This document shows, piece after piece, positions 55,782 through 64,000 of a stretch of DNA of 64,000 bases. Source of the DNA: a bacterium. Its GTDB lineage: Bacteria; Patescibacteriota; Microgenomatia; Levybacterales; UBA12049. The notes beneath the pieces are model-generated. The model did no database searches, was not told where the DNA came from, and worked only from the letters and a program-made list of their open reading frames with translations. The DNA is taken from NCBI GenBank assembly GCA_021791545.1, contig JAJYWL010000016.1, positions 87,545 to 151,544 of the forward strand, in the 5' to 3' direction. The position numbers and the translations under genes are program-made. Positions within the stretch are counted from its first letter, which is position 1. Each line of letters starts with the position of its first letter.

Positions 55782-56087
55782 TTATTTTTTAGCTTTGCTT
55801 TTTGGGGTTTTTGCCGCCGGTTTCTCAACCTTTTTTGACGGTTCTTTTGCTGCCGCAAGTTTTGAAAGTTTTGATTTCATTCTTGCCGCTTTATTTTTAT
55901 GGATAAGCTTATTTTTTGCAGATTTATCGATCGCTTTAAAAGCATGCTGCAAATTTGTTGCAGTAGGGCTTTTGGTAGCTTTCTTTGATAATGATTTAAA
56001 TAAGTTCTCTAGTGCCGAATTTGATTTTTCTCTTTTTCGGTCTTTTTTCAACTTTTTCTTAGCTGATTTTATTACTGGCATGGCCAT
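55782..56087 (-). CDS. rpsT: 30S ribosomal protein S20 with a Lys-rich C-terminal extension
   Basis: The N-terminal IKSAKKKLKKDRKREKSN and helical pattern match bS20. Confidence 0.8.
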   Translation of the reverse strand: MAMPVIKSAKKKLKKDRKREKSNSALENLFKSLSKKATKSPTATNLQHAFKAIDKSAKNKLIHKNKAARMKSKLSKLAAAKEPSKKVEKPAAKTPKSKAKK

Positions 56088-56119
56088 ATTTTATCATGCT
56101 ATACTGTTAAAAACAACAT

Positions 56120-57787
56120 ATGCCTAATGACCTACTGAGAAAAGGGCTTAGTCTCCTATTGAAAAGACAGACCAATATTATATCCGCAGCCTTTATAATA
56201 ATGGCTACAATTATTTTCTCCCAGATACTCGGACTTTTTAGACAAAGACTTTTGGTAGCAATTTTCGGAGCATCCAATACTTTAGGTGTATATCTTGCTT
56301 CTACAAGACTTCCCGATTTTCTTTTTCAACTGATAATTGCAGGCGCATTGTCTTCAGCATTCATTCCCGTTTTTTCCGATTATCTCGTAAAAGGAAGGGA
56401 AGTAGAAGCACATAAAGTGGCGTCTACTCTTCTTACTTTATCTTTGGCTATTTTTATAGTTCTCTCTGTATTTCTTTTTATATTTGCCGATTATTTCTCA
56501 AAACTTGTAGCTCCGGGTTTTTCTTCACAGCAAGTCATGCTTATGGCAAATCTTACAAGGATAGTAATTTTTGGAGAAATACTTTTTATTGTAGGAAGTT
56601 TTCTTTCGGCAATTTTGCAATCTTACAATCATTTCTTTATCCCGGGTATTGCCTCTGCTCTTTATAACTTGGGAATGATCTTAGGAATATTTTTCCTTTC
56701 TCCTTTTGTGGGAATATATTCCGCGGCTTACGGGGTAGTTTTGGGAGCACTAATTTTTGTGATAGCCCAGGTACCATTAGTCAGAAAATTGGGTTTTTCA
56801 TTTAGGGCCTCTTTATCAATGCAGTCGATAAGATCTTCGGGAGTAATTGATGTATTTAAACTTATTTGGCCAAGAACTCTTTCCATAGGAGTTTTTCAGC
56901 TGGGCTCCATAGTTACCGTTGCTCTTGTCTCTTTTTTGCCTGATCCGGGAAGAAATTATGTAATTTTTGATTATGCCCTTACTCTTGGAAATGCCGCAGT
57001 TGTCCTTTTTGGACAGGCAATAGCTCAGGCAGCATTCCCTGTCTTGTCTAAGGAAAAAGACAAGATGGAAGATTTTAAGTCTACTTTTGTTTCAAGTTTT
57101 AACCAGATGCTTTATCTCGTTCTTCCCATATCGGTTTTGTTTTTGGTATTAAGAATTCCGATAGTAAGGCTTGTATATGGAGCTTCTCAGTTTGACTGGG
57201 CGGCTACTGTACTAACGGGAAGAACTCTTGCCCTTTTCTCGATCTCAATTTTTGGTCAGGCCCTTGTCTATCTTATCTCGAGAGGTTTTTATGCACTCCA
57301 CGATACGAAAACCCCTCTTATTATCGGATCTTTGACGACGGGGCTTATGATTTTACTTTCCTGGATATTTATTTTCTTCTACAAAGGAGGAGTACAGGGG
57401 ATAGCTTTTGCTTTTTCCATAGCAAGTCTTCTTAACTTTCTTTTACTTTTTCTTTTCTTGGATAGGAAAGTACACGGGTTCGGAAAGCTTCATCTTCTCT
57501 ATTCAAGCTCCAAGATATTCCTTGCAAGTTTCTTTACCGGTTTTGCTCTGTATATTCCCATAAAACTTTTAGACCAGTTGGTTTTTGATACGACGAGAAC
57601 CGTTAATTTAATTCTTTTAACAGGTATCTCAAGTCTTGCAGGACTTTCTTTGTATCTTTTCCTTACATGGGTATTTAACGTAGAGGAAGCAGGAACATTT
57701 ATCTTGATGTTCAAAAGGCTTGGAGACTGGAGACAAATACTCAGAAAATCCGAAGAAACTATCGACGGAACACGCTTCAGTCCTTGA
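56120..57787 (+). CDS. murJ: lipid II flippase MurJ (MviN)
   Basis: 14-TM MOP superfamily pattern with an N-terminal (SQILGLFRQRLLVAIFGAS) typical of MurJ. Confidence 0.8.
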   Translation: MPNDLLRKGLSLLLKRQTNIISAAFIIMATIIFSQILGLFRQRLLVAIFGASNTLGVYLASTRLPDFLFQLIIAGALSSAFIPVFSDYLVKGREVEAHKVASTLLTLSLAIFIVLSVFLFIFADYFSKLVAPGFSSQQVMLMANLTRIVIFGEILFIVGSFLSAILQSYNHFFIPGIASALYNLGMILGIFFLSPFVGIYSAAYGVVLGALIFVIAQVPLVRKLGFSFRASLSMQSIRSSGVIDVFKLIWPRTLSIGVFQLGSIVTVALVSFLPDPGRNYVIFDYALTLGNAAVVLFGQAIAQAAFPVLSKEKDKMEDFKSTFVSSFNQMLYLVLPISVLFLVLRIPIVRLVYGASQFDWAATVLTGRTLALFSISIFGQALVYLISRGFYALHDTKTPLIIGSLTTGLMILLSWIFIFFYKGGVQGIAFAFSIASLLNFLLLFLFLDRKVHGFGKLHLLYSSSKIFLASFFTGFALYIPIKLLDQLVFDTTRTVNLILLTGISSLAGLSLYLFLTWVFNVEEAGTFILMFKRLGDWRQILRKSEETIDGTRFSP

Positions 57788-57828
57788 TATTAGCTTCTTT
57801 GCCTTCTAAATGTTAAAATTGCATAGCT

Positions 57829-59565
57829 ATGACAGACAAGAATAACATAAGAAATTTTGCGATCATTGCACATATCGATCATGGTAAATCTACTCTTGCC
57901 GACAGGTTTCTGGAAATAACGAGTACTGTTTCCAAAGACAAGATTAAAGAACAGTTTCTTGACCAGAATCCTATTTCAAGAGAAAGAGGAATAACGATTA
58001 AACTCGCACCTGTAAGGATGAAATACTCCTTAAATGGCAGAGATTATGAATTGAATCTAATCGATACTCCCGGCCATATAGATTTTTCCTACGAAGTTTC
58101 AAGGACTCTGGCAGCGTGCGACGGAGCAATCCTTTTAATAGACGCGACACAGGGAATTCAGGCCCAGACAGTCGCACATTTAAAAGCTGCACAAAAACAG
58201 AATCTTTTCATAATCCCTGCAATAAACAAGATTGATCTGGATACTGCAAAAACAGAGGATGTCATAAGAGACCTCGATGAAATGTTCGGATTTAAAAGGG
58301 AAGAGATATATCTTGTTTCCGCTAAAACGGGAAAGAATGTAGAAGAATTATTAAAAGGAGTAATAGAAAAAGTTCCATCCCCAAAGGGTGACTTGGAAAA
58401 ACCCTTAAGAGCTTTGGTTTTTGACGCACAGTTTGACGAACATAGAGGAGTAATAATATTCGTAAGGATATTCGACGGAAAATTAAGAAAGAATGAAAAG
58501 ATAGAGTTCTTCCAAAGCAATGTAAAAGTAGATGCTTCAGACGTAGGTTATTTTTCTCCATTCTTAATTCCCAAAGAAGACCTTTCTTGTGGAGAAATAG
58601 GATATATAGTAACGGGAATAAAAAACATCAGGGAAACAAGAATCGGAGATACGATTACTCAGGAAGGTTTTAAAGAAACAACAACTCCTCTTGCCGGTTA
58701 TCAGATGCCGAAACCTATGGTTTTCTTCGGCGTCTATCCAAAGTCTTCTGACGAGTATGTACATTTAAGAGAAGCTTTGAATAAGCTCTCGTTAAACGAC
58801 GCTTCACTTTCTGTTTCATCCGAGTATTCTGCCTTTTTAGGAAGCGGTTTCAGGGTCGGATTCCTGGGACTTTTGCACGCAGAGATAGTCAAGGAAAGAT
58901 TAAAACAGGAAGAGGGAATAGATCCTTTGCTTACAATGCCTAGAGTCTTGTATAAGGAAGAAAACGAGCAGATGTTTGAGCCGTATATGGACCTTACGAT
59001 ATATACTCCTTCGGAATACGTAGGCGGAGTAATGAATGTTGCTCAAAACAGGAAAGGAAACCTTAAGAACCTCTCATATCATAAAGACAGTGCAATATTG
59101 GAATATGAAATGCCTTACAGTATGTTTATAAGGGGATTATCCTCCGAGATTAAAACTGTTTCTTCCGGTTTTGCGAGTTTGGATTATGAATTAATAGGGT
59201 ATAAGGCGGCAAATTTGGTAAAAATGGATATTCTTGTGAACGGAAATCCGATAGATGTTCTTTCGGAACTTGTATATTCCGATGAACTGAATTATGTAGC
59301 AAGAGAAAAAACAGAAAAACTAAAAGAGTTACTGGATAGACAGCAATTTAGGCAGATAATCCAGGCAGCAGTAGACAGCCATATTCTTGCAAGGACGGAA
59401 ATTCCTCCTTATAGAAAAGACGTTCTCGCGAAGATGTCGGGTGGAGACAGGACAAGAAAAGATAAACTCTTGGAAGCACAGAAAAAAGGAAAATCAAAAA
59501 TGATAAATATTGCAAAGATAGATATCTCCCAGAAAGCTTTACTTTCTATGTTAGAGGGCAAATAG
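57829..59565 (+). CDS. lepA: translation elongation factor 4 (LepA)
   Basis: GTP-binding motifs (AHIDHGKST, DTPGHIDF, NKID) and LepA-specific N-terminal conservation (IRNFAIIAHIDHGKSTLADR). Confidence 0.9.
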   Translation: MTDKNNIRNFAIIAHIDHGKSTLADRFLEITSTVSKDKIKEQFLDQNPISRERGITIKLAPVRMKYSLNGRDYELNLIDTPGHIDFSYEVSRTLAACDGAILLIDATQGIQAQTVAHLKAAQKQNLFIIPAINKIDLDTAKTEDVIRDLDEMFGFKREEIYLVSAKTGKNVEELLKGVIEKVPSPKGDLEKPLRALVFDAQFDEHRGVIIFVRIFDGKLRKNEKIEFFQSNVKVDASDVGYFSPFLIPKEDLSCGEIGYIVTGIKNIRETRIGDTITQEGFKETTTPLAGYQMPKPMVFFGVYPKSSDEYVHLREALNKLSLNDASLSVSSEYSAFLGSGFRVGFLGLLHAEIVKERLKQEEGIDPLLTMPRVLYKEENEQMFEPYMDLTIYTPSEYVGGVMNVAQNRKGNLKNLSYHKDSAILEYEMPYSMFIRGLSSEIKTVSSGFASLDYELIGYKAANLVKMDILVNGNPIDVLSELVYSDELNYVAREKTEKLKELLDRQQFRQIIQAAVDSHILARTEIPPYRKDVLAKMSGGDRTRKDKLLEAQKKGKSKMINIAKIDISQKALLSMLEGK

Positions 59566-60732
59566 TATTACTAACCCCAAGACCGAGAGGATTGCTCCCA
59601 AAGCTCCGACTGTTATTACTGTATTGCCGGGCCCTGTAGGTGCAAGTGTAGGTGTTGCAGATGCTTCAAGTGTAGGCTGAGCCGTTATTGCTACGGTAGG
59701 TGTAGCCGTTACGGTTCCCGCATCGCTTATCGTTATAGCCTGTGTGCAGTTTGTCGCTACGCTTGCGTTACCGTTTGAATCAGTGAGAGTTGCGGTTGCG
59801 GTATAATTTCCGGCTGTTGAATAGGTGTGAGAAGTGACTGCACTTACTGTCTGTGTTCCAATTCCTCCTGTTTGAGTAAGATCTTGATTTTGTCCGTCTC
59901 CGAAATCAAATGTTACTTTAGTGATATTTGAAACAGTGCTCGAGCCGTTTACGGTAAACGTTATTGCATAAGGAGCAGTTCCTGTCGCGCTTCTATCAAG
60001 AGTAAGGCTTGAACATACAGGAGCTTCGGGTGCTGCCGTTACGACTGCCGTAGGTGAAGGACTCACGGTCGGAGTAGCAGATGGCGTAACCGTAGGGGAA
60101 ACACTGGGAATAATAGAGGGAGTAGGAGATGCTGTAAGATCGGCAATGTTAATAGTTATTGGAGGAGCGGACGAAAGAACAGGCTCGCTATACTGGTCGG
60201 ATGTACCCAATGATCTTACGTCTGTCTGTGGAGCTGCTCCAAAGCTTACTTGTGTTGGAGTACTTCCCGTTGTTGCCAAAGCCTTAAAGTTAACGGTCGC
60301 GACTCTTGTGGGAGCAGTAATAACATTTTGTGGAGTATTTCCCGTACTTAAAGTAAAGGTAATTGTACCTGCCGTATTATCTACGGTCGGACCCGCAAGA
60401 ACGGTAGGCTTAAAGGTAGAACCTGAAGATGTCTGCCATGAATTTATAGTTACATCTGTCTGGGAAGTAGAAAGTTTCGCAGGATCATATTTTACCGCTA
60501 CCTTCAAGAAAGTTACCTGGTTTATATTTGAAGGGTCGACATTAATATCTACGTTTATAGTGTCTCCGACCTTGGCGTTTGTTGTAGAAGGAATAAATTT
60601 AAGTGTTGTTGCAGGTTGTGCTCCTGTCTTTGTCTTTTGCTGTTGTTGGACCAGATATACGGTTAAGGGGATAGCTACAAGAAGTACAACTACAAAACCT
60701 AATAATATTAATTTTTTAGGTGATAATGACAT
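59551..60732 (-). CDS. cell-surface protein with an N-terminal signal anchor, Ig/cohesin-like beta-rich domains and a C-terminal LAPTG-hydrophobic segment (LAXTG-type sorting signal)
   Basis: The C-terminus is ATPTLAPTGPGNTVITVGALGAILSVLGLVILFAL. It is T/S-rich. Confidence 0.45.
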   Translation of the reverse strand: MSLSPKKLILLGFVVVLLVAIPLTVYLVQQQQKTKTGAQPATTLKFIPSTTNAKVGDTINVDINVDPSNINQVTFLKVAVKYDPAKLSTSQTDVTINSWQTSSGSTFKPTVLAGPTVDNTAGTITFTLSTGNTPQNVITAPTRVATVNFKALATTGSTPTQVSFGAAPQTDVRSLGTSDQYSEPVLSSAPPITINIADLTASPTPSIIPSVSPTVTPSATPTVSPSPTAVVTAAPEAPVCSSLTLDRSATGTAPYAITFTVNGSSTVSNITKVTFDFGDGQNQDLTQTGGIGTQTVSAVTSHTYSTAGNYTATATLTDSNGNASVATNCTQAITISDAGTVTATPTVAITAQPTLEASATPTLAPTGPGNTVITVGALGAILSVLGLVILFAL

Positions 60733-60798
60733 AATCTACTATAAATTTATCGTATATAGATTTTTATACTCTGTCAAGCTTGTGCTTCAAAAAAATTC

Positions 60799-60827
60799 TT
60801 GACAGAAAAAAATTTTTAGTGTATAAA
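60799..60827 (+). promoter_or_regulatory. sigma70-type promoter upstream of groES (TTGACA-17 nt-TATAAA)
   Basis: TTGACA at 60799..60804 and TATAAA at 60822..60827, 43 nt upstream of the groES ATG. Confidence 0.4.
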
Positions 60828-60828
60828 T

Positions 60829-60861
60829 TTAGCAGTCACTTTTGTAAAGTGATATTTTTAG
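60829..60861 (+). promoter_or_regulatory. degenerate CIRCE-like inverted repeat (TTAGCAGTCACTTT-TGT-AAAGTGATATTTTTAG) between the promoter and groES
   Basis: Imperfect match to the HrcA operator consensus TTAGCACTC-N9-GAGTGCTAA. The first half-site has 8 of 9 matches. Confidence 0.25.
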
Positions 60862-60869
60862 GATTAAAT

Positions 60870-62818
<1,949 letters not shown>

Positions 62819-62853
62819 TCTCCTCGTATGATATGCTTTAAAACAGACTTTTT

Positions 62854-63711
62854 ATGAAGCGGATTCTATATCTCATATCTCCAATCCTTATAGCAGTAGT
62901 AGTTTTTCTTCTAATCACCTTTATCGTCAATAGAAAACCTCAGATGGGGGCTTTGCAAGTTACTTCAAGTCCTGTTTCCGATGTCTACCTAAACGGTAAA
63001 TTGATAGGTCAGACTCCTCTTTGTAAATGTGATCTTCCAAATTTGATACAAACAGGAGATTACACACTTAAACTTGTTCCAAAGACAGGTAATTTCCAGC
63101 CTTTTGAACAGAAAGTCACTGTTTCACCAAAGATAATTACCGTTGTAGACAGGACTTTTGCTCCAAGTGGACTTGACCAGGCGAGTATTCTTACTTTTGA
63201 ACCTCTATCTGATTCAAAAGATTCCCAGATTTCCGTCGTTACTTTCCCAAGTAAAGCTCAGGTTTTTCTTGATAACAATGTCTCAGGTCTTTCACCACTT
63301 TTGCTTCAAAGCGTCACCGCTTCGGATCATGAACTCAAAGTAACAAAGGACGGATATAAAGATAAGATCGTTAAGATAAGTACAAAAGTAGGATATAAAC
63401 TAGACGCCGTTATCTATATGGGAGTAAATTCCGAAGCTCAGCCTTCAGGTACTCCAAGTGCAAAAACAACTCCTACGCCTACAAAAGGTGCTACTCAATC
63501 GGGATCATTAAAACAGCAGATAACAATATTAGAAACTCCCACGGGATTTCTTAGAGTAAGACAGGACCCTTCTGTAGGATCTGCTCAGGTGGGACAAGTC
63601 AATCCCGGAGAAAAATATAATCTTTTGAACGAACAGACGGGTTGGTATCAGATAAAACTAAAAGACGGAACAGTCGGGTGGGTAAGTAGCCAGTACGCTT
63701 CAAAATCCTAA
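62854..63711 (+). CDS. PEGA domain protein with a C-terminal bacterial SH3 domain, membrane anchored
   Basis: N-terminal TM segment and two PEGA-like repeats (SPVSDVYLNGKLIGQTP, FPSKAQVFLDNNVSGLSP). SH3b-like C-terminus (GFLRVRQDPS...GWYQIKLKDGTVGWVSSQY). Confidence 0.6.
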   Translation: MKRILYLISPILIAVVVFLLITFIVNRKPQMGALQVTSSPVSDVYLNGKLIGQTPLCKCDLPNLIQTGDYTLKLVPKTGNFQPFEQKVTVSPKIITVVDRTFAPSGLDQASILTFEPLSDSKDSQISVVTFPSKAQVFLDNNVSGLSPLLLQSVTASDHELKVTKDGYKDKIVKISTKVGYKLDAVIYMGVNSEAQPSGTPSAKTTPTPTKGATQSGSLKQQITILETPTGFLRVRQDPSVGSAQVGQVNPGEKYNLLNEQTGWYQIKLKDGTVGWVSSQYASKS

Positions 63712-64000
63712 GGGGATATCCAATAGACGATAAGAATTACCAAAATAACCCAAACTCCTACGGTAACAAGTAAAGGTTTATCGGAAAGAAGAACTTTTTC
63801 AGGACTTTCCCCTTCATGTTTTTCATAAATATCCTGAAGATATCTCATGAGTCCGTAGACTACTGGAATTATTGTTATCATCAGCCATTTCCTTTGGAAG
63901 AATGTCGGGAAAAAATCTGGAAGAGATATTCCTCCAAGAGTTAGTCTAAATCCTCCCCCCGAAGTCTCAAGGAAAGTAAAAAGAGAGTAGGAAATAAAGG
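63708..64000 (-). CDS. membrane protein, 3' end only (N-terminus beyond window end)
   Basis: Open minus-strand frame ending ...GGGFRLTLGGISLPDFFPTFFQRKWLMITIIPVVYGLMRYLQDIYEKHEGESPEKVLLSDKPLLVTVGVWVILVILIVYWISP, with a stop at 63710..63708. It is not in the supplied ORF track. Confidence 0.35.
   Translation of the reverse strand, partial: FISYSLFTFLETSGGGFRLTLGGISLPDFFPTFFQRKWLMITIIPVVYGLMRYLQDIYEKHEGESPEKVLLSDKPLLVTVGVWVILVILIVYWISP

Overview
This is an AT-rich (~35% GC) bacterial chromosomal window. It is densely packed with short housekeeping genes: valS, rplY, ruvCAB, purBA, dnaG-rpoD, tpiA, rpsT, murJ, lepA and groES-groEL. Several core enzymes are unusually short (ValRS 701 aa, CysRS-like 384 aa, TIM 213 aa, UvrD 619 aa). 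This pattern resembles Candidate Phyla Radiation (Patescibacteria) genomes, but that assignment is inference from composition and gene content only. No CRISPR array, rRNA or obvious transposase was seen, and one tRNA-Asn(GTT) was found. Accessory-looking content is interleaved with the housekeeping genes. (a) Downstream of tRNA-Asn there is a block of small VOC/PhnB/DinB/DUF1801-type proteins. (b) A three-gene flavinylation cluster encodes an FMN-binding domain protein, ApbE, and a membrane protein that fuses an RnfD/NqrB-like domain to an NqrF-like FAD/NAD-binding domain. I consider this putative minimal Nqr/Rnf-like redox module the most system-like unexplained feature. (c) An FMN-reductase gene precedes a nickel superoxide dismutase precursor (sodN) and its signal-peptidase-like maturation protease (sodX). 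(d) A Ku plus three-domain LigD NHEJ pair lies next to a cluster of tiny paralogous membrane peptides and a holin-like protein. (e) A PIG-L deacetylase is divergently paired with a CysRS homolog lacking most of its anticodon-binding tail, which resembles MshB/MshC. (f) A sortase sits next to a 57-aa Thr/Pro-rich secreted peptide, and two distant surface proteins carry LAPTG/LPASG-type sorting signals. (g) A minus-strand locus carries pilN/pilO and two large GT-C-like membrane proteins, one with a YYY motif. An unannotated 27-aa highly basic ORF with a perfect AGGAGG Shine-Dalgarno sequence and a GC-rich intergenic island (candidate ncRNA) are also flagged.
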